Of a stretch of 64,000 nucleotides of DNA, positions 1 through 8,329 are shown piece after piece; position 1 is the first letter of the stretch, and every line of letters starts with the position of its first letter. This stretch comes from a virus: IMG/VR virus record IMGVR_UViG_3300049182_000124; one strand, 5' to 3'. A program made the translations under genes and the position numbers. The notes beneath the pieces are model-generated. The model was given only the letters and a program-made list of their open reading frames with translations, did not search any database and was not told where the DNA came from.

Positions 1-450
1 ACGTCGCTACTCGCTGGCTGGTGGGGTCGCAAGTGGTCGGTCGACGAGGTCTGTTCGCTGCTCGGACACAGCTCCGTAACCGTCACCGAGCGCTACGCGA
101 AGAAGCTCGACGAGACCCAGCGCGCTGCGGTTGCCGCGACTCCCGGACTGCTCCCCGCTCGCTCCCAGCTCCGCGGCGTAAGTGCCGGAGCCGATTCGGG
201 GATTCGAACCCCGGACCTGTGCTTTACGAAAGCGCTTGAGTTTGCTGCACTTACGCTAGGTTCCGCCCCCCCTGGCTCCCGCCTGGGAGCAACCCAGCCT
301 GACGACGAAGAGCGCGCGTTCCTCGTGGCGATTGCTGAGGGGCTTGAGCGAGCCGCAGCGTACCAGGCTGCACCTCTACGGCTCGCGACCAAGCGTCGAC
401 GCGTCGAGGTCAAATCGATGCGTCGCAAGGCGAAAAAGGGGGCCGCGTGA
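1..450 (+). CDS. int: tyrosine recombinase/integrase, 3' part (partial), with long C-terminal extension spanning att core
   Basis: Frame +1 reads ...DEVCSLLGHSSVTVTERYAK... (LGH...T..Y catalytic box, Tyr codon 94-96) and stays open to TGA 448-450; not in the ORF track because the start is off-window. Confidence 0.9.
   Translation, partial: TSLLAGWWGRKWSVDEVCSLLGHSSVTVTERYAKKLDETQRAAVAATPGLLPARSQLRGVSAGADSGIRTPDLCFTKALEFAALTLGSAPPGSRLGATQPDDEERAFLVAIAEGLERAAAYQAAPLRLATKRRRVEVKSMRRKAKKGAA
140..290. repeat. candidate integrase arm-type sites flanking the att core
   Basis: CTCCC at 140, 151, 162 (11-bp period); inverted pair GCTCCC 275-280 / GGGAGC 285-290. Confidence 0.45.
187..233 (-). other. 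attP-like core: 3' half of tRNA-Thr(CGT)
   Basis: Minus strand reads GCT-TTCGTAA-AGCAC-AGGTC-CGGGG-TTCGAAT-CCCCG-AATCGGC-T-CC(G): anticodon loop CGT, T arm, acceptor 3' strand; D arm and 5' acceptor strand absent. Confidence 0.9.
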
Positions 451-659
451 CTGGCACGGTTGTGCCGTTCCGGCGCCCAGGCCGGCCGCTGCAGAACGAG
501 TCCGGCGCCGGCGCCGTAGCCGTCACGCTGTTCGTCAGCGACGGAGACGTCGTGTTGGCCCTGGACGGGTACGAAGTCGAACTCTCGGCCGAGCAGGCGC
601 GGGAACTCTCGCGGGAACTCGCCGAGGTGGCGTCCGACGCGGAGGCCGATCGTGGCTAA
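447..659 (+). CDS. hypothetical protein
   Basis: GTG overlaps int stop (GTGA); GC3-rich 70-aa ORF. Confidence 0.7.
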   Translation: MTGTVVPFRRPGRPLQNESGAGAVAVTLFVSDGDVVLALDGYEVELSAEQARELSRELAEVASDAEADRG

Positions 660-924
660 CACCCCCATCGACCTCGAGGCCTACCGATCCCGCCGCCTCG
701 CCGCCCTCTCGCGAACCGCCGACCCCCGCCCCTGCCACCTCTCGGCCGCGCCTGACCGCGTCCTGCTCCTGTTTACGACCGGAGCGGAGCTCGACCTCTC
801 GCCGGCCCACGCGCGGGTCTGGGCGGAGCGGCTGGCGGCGATGGCTGACGTTGCCGAGGCGCTCGGGCGGGATGAGCGGGCGCTGCTGAGTCGGGGTGAG
901 GAGGGAGGGCCGGATGCCTCGTAG
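652..924 (+). CDS. hypothetical protein
   Basis: 90-aa ORF overlapping the previous stop, GGAGG upstream. Confidence 0.7.
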   Translation: MANTPIDLEAYRSRRLAALSRTADPRPCHLSAAPDRVLLLFTTGAELDLSPAHARVWAERLAAMADVAEALGRDERALLSRGEEGGPDAS

Positions 925-1219
925 GCTACTCACCTGCCGCCAGCTCGCTCAGCGAGCCGAGGTTGCCCTCAAGGCGCTCGAGCTCGGCGTAACCACCCGG
1001 GTTGGCACCGAGCGTATCGCGCTCGTCTGGAGCGGCCTGCGTGCGCTCGACGACGAGCAGTGCGCGATCAAGGACCGGATCACCGAGCTGCTCGACTCGC
1101 TCGACACCGGCTACACCGTGCCCGAGGTCATCGAAGACCTGCGTGAGCTGGTCAAGGCCTGGGAAGCCGCGGCGAAGAGCACGAAGCGGGCGGAGAAATG
1201 GAGGCAGTCCCGTGGGTAG
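914..1219 (+). CDS. hypothetical helical protein
   Basis: ATG at 914 after GGAGGG; MPRRLLTC... Confidence 0.7.
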   Translation: MPRRLLTCRQLAQRAEVALKALELGVTTRVGTERIALVWSGLRALDDEQCAIKDRITELLDSLDTGYTVPEVIEDLRELVKAWEAAAKSTKRAEKWRQSRG

Positions 1220-1514
1220 CCTCGCAGAGCGCATCACCCGCGCTGCCATTCGCGCGCTTGCTCTCTGGGGGCGCGCTTCCCAGTTGCGCATGGTCCAGGA
1301 GGAGTGCGGCGAGCTCATCGCCGCGATCAACCGATTCGATCGCGGACGTCCGGGCGCGCGAGACAACCTCATTGAGGAGATCGCTGACGCACACATCATG
1401 CTCGCTCAGGCGCGCGTGGCGTTTGGCGAGGATGAAATCGACGCCGCCATCCGCCGTAAGTTGGCGCGGTTCGAAGAGCGCCTGACGGGCGCGGAAGAGA
1501 GGGCGCGTGGCTAG
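1212..1514 (+). CDS. MazG-like nucleotide pyrophosphohydrolase domain protein
   Basis: QEECGELIAAI...NLIEEIADAHIML: EExxE...EExD acidic helices of MazG/all-alpha NTP-PPases. Confidence 0.8.
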   Translation: MGSLAERITRAAIRALALWGRASQLRMVQEECGELIAAINRFDRGRPGARDNLIEEIADAHIMLAQARVAFGEDEIDAAIRRKLARFEERLTGAEERARG

Positions 1515-1662
1515 CCGCAACCCCACCCCCAACGTCACCTACGCCTGCCAGCTCTGCTCGACGAAATGCTCGGAGCATCCCGATCGGCCGCGGGCGCTTC
1601 TGCTGCTTTGTGGTGAGTGCTTTGACAAGCGGTTTGCGAAGGGGATGGCGGGCAATGGCTAA
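1507..1662 (+). CDS. small CxxC...CxxC zinc-binding protein (51 aa)
   Basis: Manual translation MASRNPTPNVTYACQLCSTKC...LCGECFDK; overlaps both neighbours. Confidence 0.55.
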   Translation: MASRNPTPNVTYACQLCSTKCSEHPDRPRALLLLCGECFDKRFAKGMAGNG

Positions 1663-1879
1663 AACCCTCCTCCTGCTCGAGATCAACCGAGGCGACGTCA
1701 CCGACGATTTGTGCGGAGGGTGTCGGTTCGCCAAACCCGTCGCGAGCCGTAATAGCGCTGGCCGCAAATCTTGCGTCCGCATGTGGTGCGGCGCGTTCAT
1801 GGAGGCCTGTGCTGGCACGTTCGACCAACCGCGGCGCCTTGAGGTTTGTGAACAGGCGGAAGCGGAGGCGTTCAAGTGA
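1655..1879 (+). CDS. Cys-rich hypothetical protein
   Basis: ATG overlapping the previous stop; ends with GTGA coupling to the next gene. Confidence 0.6.
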   Translation: MAKTLLLLEINRGDVTDDLCGGCRFAKPVASRNSAGRKSCVRMWCGAFMEACAGTFDQPRRLEVCEQAEAEAFK

Positions 1880-2349
1880 CCACCAAGCGCACCGCAGTTC
1901 TCGTCACGGGTTCGCGCGATTGGGCCGACTACGCTCCGATCCGCGAGCGCCTGCGCCTCTACCCAGAGGGAACGATCCTGCTACATGGGGACTGTGGGCG
2001 GCTCGGTGAGCGGCAGGAAGGCCGAGCGCTGCGACCCATCGTCGGCGCCGACTGGATCGCTCGCGACCTCGCCGGCCCATGCGGATTCGTTTGCTGGCCG
2101 CTCCCCTACTTTTCCGACCTTGGTAAACGCGGCGGTCCGGCTCGTAACGCAGCCATGTTTGATGTCCTGCTCGCACTGAAGGAAGCGGGCTTCGCTTGCT
2201 TCGTCGAAGCATTCCCGATCGGCAAGTCGCCCGGCACGCGCGGCATGCTGCGCATCGTCCAGAGCTTCAACGACGCCGCCTTCTACGACGCGCACAAGCG
2301 CGAGAAGCACCACGACCCGATCCCGGTTTGCGTGACGGAGGGCACATGA
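1876..2349 (+). CDS. SLOG-family (DUF2493/YspA-like) protein
   Basis: VLVTGSRDW...LLHGDC...GADWIA...RNAAM Rossmannoid motifs. Confidence 0.75.
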   Translation: MTTKRTAVLVTGSRDWADYAPIRERLRLYPEGTILLHGDCGRLGERQEGRALRPIVGADWIARDLAGPCGFVCWPLPYFSDLGKRGGPARNAAMFDVLLALKEAGFACFVEAFPIGKSPGTRGMLRIVQSFNDAAFYDAHKREKHHDPIPVCVTEGT

Positions 2350-3782
2350 TCCGCCCCACCCTCGCCCGCTACCGCATCGAGCACGGCGACTGCCTCGACC
2401 TGCTCAAGCGCGAACCGGCGAACAGCTGGGACGCCATGGTCACCGATCCTCCTGGGGGAATTTCCTTCATGTCGAGGGCTTGGGATGGCGACAAGGGCGG
2501 CCGGAAGCAATGGGTCCGTTTCATGTCGAAGCGCTTCAAAGCCGCGCTTCGAGTACTCAAGCCGGGCGCGCACGCGCTCGTGTGGGCGCTGCCCCGCACG
2601 TCGCACTGGACGGGCTGCGCACTGGAAGACGCCGGTTTCGAGGTGCGTGACGGACTTTCGCACGCGTTCGGGTCGGGCTTTCCCAAGAGCCACAACCTCC
2701 CGGGCGGGCTCGGTACCGCGCTGAAGCCCTCTCACGAGCTCTGGTTCTTGGTGCGCAAGCCGCTCGAGAAGGGGCTGACCGTCGAGCAGAACCACGCCAA
2801 GTGGGGAACGGGCGTACTGAACATCGACGCCTGCCGGGTGGGCATCGCAAGCGTCGACCTCGCGGACATGGTTGGGCGCTCAGGCGCTTCGACCGCGAAC
2901 AACGTCTACGGCGCCGGAGTCGGTCACGACGTCACGTGGTCGCCCGACTCGAGCGGCCGGTGGCCCCCCAACCTGCTCCTGACCCACGACGCCCGCTGCC
3001 ATTGCATCGGTACCCGCGCGGTCAAAGCCAACCCGACTTGGGACACGCCAAACCGCGATACGGCGCCAAGCGCGTTCACGGGTGGGGAAGTCTCACCGGT
3101 GAAGCACGGCGACGGCGCTGAGGACGTTCCGGCTTGGGAGTGCGTCGAGGGCTGCCCGGTGCTCCTGCTCGACCGGCAGAGCGGGGAGCGGACAAGCGGC
3201 TCTGGGGCGAAGGCTGTGAGCGGTGCGACTAACTGGGGTCGTGAGTCGGAGCGCAGAGACGTGGGTGCGCTTTGGAGCGGCGACTCCGGTACCGCCTCCC
3301 GCTTCTTCCCCCAATTCCAGTGGGACCCCGAACTCGACGACCTGGAGCCCTTCATCTACGCCGCCAAGGCTTCCCGGGGCGAGCGCGACAAGGGGCTCGA
3401 GCACTTCAAGGGAGCCGCCGCGCAGCGCGACACGCCGAACCCTGGAGGCATCGACGCTGGCTCTCGGAACGTTCACCCGACCGTCAAGAGCGTCGAGCTG
3501 ATCCGCTACTTCGTTCGCCTCGTCACGCCGCGCGGAGGCGAGGTTCGTCCCAAGGTCGGCGACATCTTCATGGGCTCCGGTACCGGTGGCGTCGCTGCGC
3601 TCTTGGAGGGCTGCGACTTCGTCGGCTTCGAGCGGGAGGACACCGACGAGGAGCCTTTCGTCAGCATCGCGCGAGCGCGATGCGAGCACGTGGTGGGTGG
3701 GCACTTCGTGCCGCGAGCGTCGCTTCGGACCGATTCGCCGCCGCCACAGCGCGGCCTCTTCGACACCCGGGAGACCGCATGA
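2346..3782 (+). CDS. DNA N6A/N4C methyltransferase (beta class)
   Basis: HGDCLDLL, motif IV-like VTDPPG, HPTVKSVELIRY, motif I DIFMGSGTG near the C-terminus; ATG overlaps the previous stop. Confidence 0.9.
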   Translation: MIRPTLARYRIEHGDCLDLLKREPANSWDAMVTDPPGGISFMSRAWDGDKGGRKQWVRFMSKRFKAALRVLKPGAHALVWALPRTSHWTGCALEDAGFEVRDGLSHAFGSGFPKSHNLPGGLGTALKPSHELWFLVRKPLEKGLTVEQNHAKWGTGVLNIDACRVGIASVDLADMVGRSGASTANNVYGAGVGHDVTWSPDSSGRWPPNLLLTHDARCHCIGTRAVKANPTWDTPNRDTAPSAFTGGEVSPVKHGDGAEDVPAWECVEGCPVLLLDRQSGERTSGSGAKAVSGATNWGRESERRDVGALWSGDSGTASRFFPQFQWDPELDDLEPFIYAAKASRGERDKGLEHFKGAAAQRDTPNPGGIDAGSRNVHPTVKSVELIRYFVRLVTPRGGEVRPKVGDIFMGSGTGGVAALLEGCDFVGFEREDTDEEPFVSIARARCEHVVGGHFVPRASLRTDSPPPQRGLFDTRETA

Positions 3783-4009
3783 CCCGCACCGAGCTCGTCC
3801 CCCAAATCACCCACTACGTGCCCGTCGCCGATCCTGAGCGCCACCCGTCAACACGCCGCGCCGTCTGCGGCGTCGTCACCGTCACGGGCGGGAGTCAGCG
3901 CGTGCCGCCGGAGGCGGCGGGATCGAGTCGGGTGGAGTTTGTTTCGTGTTGTGAGTGCTTGGATGTGATCGAGGCGCTCAGGCGCATTGAGGAGGTTGGC
4001 TGTGTCTGA
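3779..4009 (+). CDS. small H/C-motif (putative Zn-binding) protein
   Basis: ATGA coupling; THY...VCG...VSCCECL. Confidence 0.6.
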   Translation: MTRTELVPQITHYVPVADPERHPSTRRAVCGVVTVTGGSQRVPPEAAGSSRVEFVSCCECLDVIEALRRIEEVGCV

Positions 4010-4508
4010 CGAACGAACCGTGATTCTGGTGCCGCCAGCGCTCGTCGCGGCCATCAAGAACGTAACCACCGACTACGCCAACGCAACGGGACAGACGGAA
4101 GAAGAATGCCAGCGGCTGGTCGAACTGGGCGTGCTGACGCGCGGGATCGAAGCGATGCGCAGGCAGGTGGAGATCGAGCGTGCGACAGCGAGGAAGGCGG
4201 GGTGGGCCAGCTGCGGCGCCTGGCGAATTGGCGCGGTGCCGGTGGGCATCGATCAGCAACAGCAAATCTGCGGGCGCCGCGTGGACTTTACATTCTTCAC
4301 TGAGGACCATCGGGCCATGGTTGCCATCGAACTCGATGGGCATGAGTTTCACGAGCGCAGCAAAGCTCAGGCGTCCAAGGACAAGTCGAACGACCGCAAG
4401 ATTCAAGAGGCCGGCTGGCTTGTGCTTCGATTTACCGGTTCCGAGATCTGGCGCGACCCATTTGCGTGTGTCGACGAGGTTGCCCGCATCGTCAGGAGCA
4501 AGCTTTGA
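4002..4508 (+). CDS. DUF559/Vsr-like PD-(D/E)xK endonuclease domain protein
   Basis: RVDF...AIELDGHEFHE...DRKIQEAGWLVLRFTGSEIW. Confidence 0.8.
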   Translation: MSDERTVILVPPALVAAIKNVTTDYANATGQTEEECQRLVELGVLTRGIEAMRRQVEIERATARKAGWASCGAWRIGAVPVGIDQQQQICGRRVDFTFFTEDHRAMVAIELDGHEFHERSKAQASKDKSNDRKIQEAGWLVLRFTGSEIWRDPFACVDEVARIVRSKL

Positions 4509-5377
4509 GCCGAATCCGATCCATCAAGTCCGAGTGGCTCGACGACGAGATGATGGCCATGGCCTCACCGGAGGCGCGCGTGCTGTCGATCGCGCTGATC
4601 CTCCTTGCAGATGATTACGGCAACGGGCGCGCCGGGGCCCCGTTGCTGGCAGGACGTGTGTTCCCCGGCAAGGCGATCGAGACGCTGACCCGTGCCCTGG
4701 ATGAGCTCGTGAGTTTCCGCTACGTGCGCCTCTACGACCTCGACGGACAGCGCTACTTCTCGATCAGGAAATGGTCCGAGCACCAGCGAGTGGACAAGCC
4801 CGGGGCGCCCAAAGTGCCCGGGCCACCCCCACTGCTAATTGTGCAGGATGATTATGGAAACACAATCCCAGAAAAACCTCGCGAGGATTCCGGAGGGTCC
4901 CAAGAAATCCCTCGGGAGATCTCTGCCTCGCGCGCGTCCTCTCCCACTCTCTTCTCTCTATCTGCTCTTCCGGATCAACCTGAGAAGTCTGGATCTGCGC
5001 GGGCGGGCGCGGGCGCGCGAAGCAAACCCCAGGCCAGCGACATGGTGCCGAAGCCACTCGCCGCGGACTGGCAGCCGAGTGCGGCTCAGGTCGAAGCGCT
5101 GGCGGCAAAGTTCTCCGTGCCAGAGGACCGCATCCGAGCGACGGTGCCCGAGTTTCGGGTTTACTGGCGCGAGCAACGCTCAGGGGATCGGAAGACGCTG
5201 CGAGGCTGGTCCCAGGCGTTCGGACACAACATCGACCGCTTAGCCGTGAACAAGACGCTGTTCGTCGGTGTGCCGCCGCAGCAGTCCGGCGGTAGCAACG
5301 ACGCCGACGCTCGCCGCAAGCGCGCCGCCGAAGTCGAAGCTCGCGCCAAGGCCACCAACGGAGGGGCCCGCCCATGA
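4505..5377 (+). CDS. phage replication initiator (N-terminal wHTH, C-terminal DnaT-like domain)
   Basis: SRIRSIKSEW...ADDYGNG...WSEHQRVDKP N-terminus; LAADWQPS...EFRVYW...W C-terminus; directly upstream of DnaB; TTG start overlapping the previous stop. Confidence 0.75.
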   Translation: MSRIRSIKSEWLDDEMMAMASPEARVLSIALILLADDYGNGRAGAPLLAGRVFPGKAIETLTRALDELVSFRYVRLYDLDGQRYFSIRKWSEHQRVDKPGAPKVPGPPPLLIVQDDYGNTIPEKPREDSGGSQEIPREISASRASSPTLFSLSALPDQPEKSGSARAGAGARSKPQASDMVPKPLAADWQPSAAQVEALAAKFSVPEDRIRATVPEFRVYWREQRSGDRKTLRGWSQAFGHNIDRLAVNKTLFVGVPPQQSGGSNDADARRKRAAEVEARAKATNGGARP

Positions 5378-6831
5378 CCGAGGGTCGCATCCCGCCTAGC
5401 GATCTGGACGCCGAGTCGGCTGTGCTCAGCGCCATCATGTTCAAAGCGACCGCGCTCGACGACTGCGAAACCGTGCTCCGTCCGGAGCACTTTTACGCTG
5501 ACGCCAACCGGCGGATCTTCGAAGCCGCACGTGCCTGCGCGGCCACGGGGCGCCCCACGGACATCACGGCCATCACGGGCGCGCTGCGGGACGCGGGCAA
5601 GCTGCAAGCGGTTGGCGGGACCCCGTACCTGGCGGAGATCATCGGGACGCCGTCGGTGGCCAAGGTGGAGCCCTACGCGCGACGTATCGTCGAAAAGTGG
5701 CGCCTGCGGGAGCTCATTCGACACTGTCAGGAGATCGAAGCTGAGGCTTACGCGGACACCGGCGACGTGAACGCTTTCGTGCAAGCTGCCGAGGCACGCA
5801 TCTACGCGGTGGCCGAGCAAAGCGACCGGCCGACGACGCTACATGGTGCGCGAGCGATCATGCAGCAGTGTTTCAACGAGACGAAGGACGCTCGGTACAT
5901 CGGCAAGAACACGGGTGCCTCGACAGGATTTCTCTCGCTCGACAACCGCATCGGTGGCCTCAAGCCAGGGCGCGTGTACGTCGGCGCAGGACGCCCAGGC
6001 ATGGGCAAGACGTCCTTCTTGGCGGCGGCCGCAAAGGCGGTGGCGACATCGAAGAGCGAGGCACGTGGCGTCTACCTAGCGTCGATCGAGATGCCGGCCA
6101 AACAGATCGGCGATCGCTTTATTGCCGTCGAGACTGGCATCGACACGCGGGCGATTGAAAACGGCAAACTCAGCGCGCGACAGTGGGAGCAATACTCGGC
6201 TGCCGTGCAGACCATCGGTGGATGGCCGATGCTCATTGAGGAACAGGGTGGCATCAGTGTGCCGCGTCTGCGGAGCTCGATCCGGCGCGCAGCAAGGGCG
6301 CTCGAGCGGGATCACGGCACCAAGCTCGGTCTCATAGGGGTCGACTATCTGCAGCTCATGAGCGAGGACTCGAGTGGGCGCAACAGCTTCAACGAGAACG
6401 ACCGTCTCACCAAGATCAGCGCGGGGCTCGTGGGTATCGCGAAAGAGTTCAACGTGCCGCTGATTCTGCTCAGCCAGCTAAATCGCGACTGCGAGAAGCG
6501 CCCCGACAAGCGTCCCCAGCTCGGTGACCTGCGCGGCTCAGGCGCCATCGAGCAGGATGCGCACACCATCATCTTCTTTTTCCGCGAGGACATGTACCGG
6601 CCCGCCAAGGAGCAGAAGGATCGCACGGCGGAGTTCATCATCGCTAAGTGCCGCGGCGGCCGCATGGGGACGGTGCGACTTGGTTACCTCGACTACTGCA
6701 CCAAGTTCGTCGACGAGCGCGACGATGATCCTGACGATGAGTACGCGGACCACGCCAACGTGCATGCGGCGCAGGGCTCGCAGCCGCTTCGCGACACCAG
6801 TTACGACTACCTAGACCAGCAAACGCTCTGA
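5374..6831 (+). CDS. dnaB: replicative DNA helicase DnaB
   Basis: GRPGMGKT Walker A, IGVDYLQL, LSQLNRDCEKR, LRGSGAIEQDA. Confidence 0.97.
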   Translation: MTEGRIPPSDLDAESAVLSAIMFKATALDDCETVLRPEHFYADANRRIFEAARACAATGRPTDITAITGALRDAGKLQAVGGTPYLAEIIGTPSVAKVEPYARRIVEKWRLRELIRHCQEIEAEAYADTGDVNAFVQAAEARIYAVAEQSDRPTTLHGARAIMQQCFNETKDARYIGKNTGASTGFLSLDNRIGGLKPGRVYVGAGRPGMGKTSFLAAAAKAVATSKSEARGVYLASIEMPAKQIGDRFIAVETGIDTRAIENGKLSARQWEQYSAAVQTIGGWPMLIEEQGGISVPRLRSSIRRAARALERDHGTKLGLIGVDYLQLMSEDSSGRNSFNENDRLTKISAGLVGIAKEFNVPLILLSQLNRDCEKRPDKRPQLGDLRGSGAIEQDAHTIIFFFREDMYRPAKEQKDRTAEFIIAKCRGGRMGTVRLGYLDYCTKFVDERDDDPDDEYADHANVHAAQGSQPLRDTSYDYLDQQTL

Positions 6832-6846
6832 CCACTGGGAGAGAAA

Positions 6847-7494
6847 ATGGAAAACACCACCACCGACACCGCCGCATTCCCCGACGCCATCCAAGACGAA
6901 ACGATCGAGCAGCCCGCCGCCACCGAGCCCCGCGACACCTACGAAGAGCTCGTCGAGCACGAGCTCAGCGAGGAAGACAAGGCCGCCCGCCGCATCGAGC
7001 TCGAGTCGATCGACCGCGAGATCATCCGGCTCGAGGAGCAGAAGAAGTCCGACAACAAGGTCGTCAACGGTGAGATCAAAGTCCAGAAGGCGCGCAAGGA
7101 TTCGATCCTCCAGGCGCTCGACTCCGGCACCGAGAAGCGCCTGACGCAAGTCTATGAGAAGGTCGTCGAGGACAACGCGGGCAACATCGTGCGAATCGAG
7201 GTGCGCAGCGTCGACGATGACCGCCTGGTCGACGACCGTGCCGCCACCGAGAGCGAGTTGCGAGAGCATGCGGCGTCGAAGCAGGGCGACCTCTTCGGCT
7301 CGCGCGACAGCGAGCCCGCACCGGAGTACGTCTCGGACCCCGCGGACGAGGACGGCAGCGACGAGGATCTCGAGCCTGACCCCGCGTTCATCGCGCAGGG
7401 CGCCGAGGACGAAGGGCGCGTCGTCCGCACCACGTCGAAAGAAGTTCGCCGCAAGACTCGCCGGTCGCAGACCGAGGAGAACAGCGAGGCGTGA
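6847..7494 (+). CDS. acidic coiled-coil hypothetical protein
   Basis: GGGAGA RBS; heptad-rich core; internal QGDLF motif. Confidence 0.8.
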   Translation: MENTTTDTAAFPDAIQDETIEQPAATEPRDTYEELVEHELSEEDKAARRIELESIDREIIRLEEQKKSDNKVVNGEIKVQKARKDSILQALDSGTEKRLTQVYEKVVEDNAGNIVRIEVRSVDDDRLVDDRAATESELREHAASKQGDLFGSRDSEPAPEYVSDPADEDGSDEDLEPDPAFIAQGAEDEGRVVRTTSKEVRRKTRRSQTEENSEA

Positions 7495-8072
7495 GCGAGC
7501 CGGACCTGATCGCTTCGGTCGATCCTGGCCTGGCCCATGTGGGCTGGGCCATCGGCGGACGCTACGGAGCGCGCCCGGAGATCGTCGAGAGCGGCTACAT
7601 CCCTACCGACCCGAAGGCGGAGCTCGACGATCGCCTGCGTGAGATCTGGCTCGGGTTGGTCAGGCCGTTCAAGGTCTACCGCCCGAAAGTCGTGGCGATT
7701 GAAAACCAGGGACCAGCGTCGATCGGCAAGCGCAAGAAGCAACTCGAGGCCGCCGCGAAGGGCGAGAAAGCGGGCGGCTGGAACGCGAGCAACGATCACG
7801 TGTTCGAGGTTGTTGGGATCGCCAAAGCGGTCGCGTGGTCTTACGGCGCGCGCGTCGTCATGTACGCGGTGCAGACGGCAAAGAAGGTCGCGGCCGACAA
7901 TGGCAACGCGACCAAGCAAGAGGTCATCAACGCGATCCGGCGCATCTGGTTTCCTGGGATCGAGAACGATGGCCAACCGCTGAGCGAGCATGAGGCGGAC
8001 GCGATCGCGGGATTCATTTGCGTGGAGCGTACGCTGCACATGCAGAGCAAAGTGCGGAGGAGGTCAGCATGA
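7491..8072 (+). CDS. ruvC: RuvC-like Holliday junction resolvase
   Basis: SVDPGLAHVGW, VVAIE, ATKQEV, HEADAIA catalytic D/E/D pattern. Confidence 0.9.
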   Translation: MSEPDLIASVDPGLAHVGWAIGGRYGARPEIVESGYIPTDPKAELDDRLREIWLGLVRPFKVYRPKVVAIENQGPASIGKRKKQLEAAAKGEKAGGWNASNDHVFEVVGIAKAVAWSYGARVVMYAVQTAKKVAADNGNATKQEVINAIRRIWFPGIENDGQPLSEHEADAIAGFICVERTLHMQSKVRRRSA

Positions 8073-8329
8073 CGACATTCAACGGCAGCCTTTGGCGCTC
8101 CCTAGCCCAGTTCACCTTGCTCAAGCGCTTCGCCCAGCGCGACGCAGAGGAGTTCATCCTGCGTTTCCTGGCACCACGACGACTCTGGGAGCGTATGCGC
8201 AACCGCGTCGCCGAAAACTGCGAGGTGTGCGGTCGCGTCATCGAGCCTGGTGCGGAGCGGTATCAGGATTGGGTGAGCGGGCATTTGCGCCGGCACGTGG
8301 AGTGTCACGAGCGAGAGGAGGCGAGCTAA
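8069..8329 (+). CDS. hypothetical protein with CxxC...HxxC
   Basis: ATGA coupling; CEVCG...HVECH. Confidence 0.65.
   Translation: MTTFNGSLWRSLAQFTLLKRFAQRDAEEFILRFLAPRRLWERMRNRVAENCEVCGRVIEPGAERYQDWVSGHLRRHVECHEREEAS

Noticed and set aside
187-260. Complete tRNA-Thr gene
   Set aside because: Only anticodon loop through acceptor 3' strand is present; upstream sequence has no D arm or 5' acceptor strand and the anticodon stem has a mismatch, so it is an att core
452-465. sigma54 promoter (TGGCACG...TGC)
   Set aside because: GG-to-GC spacing is 9 nt, not the required 10, and it lies inside a coding region
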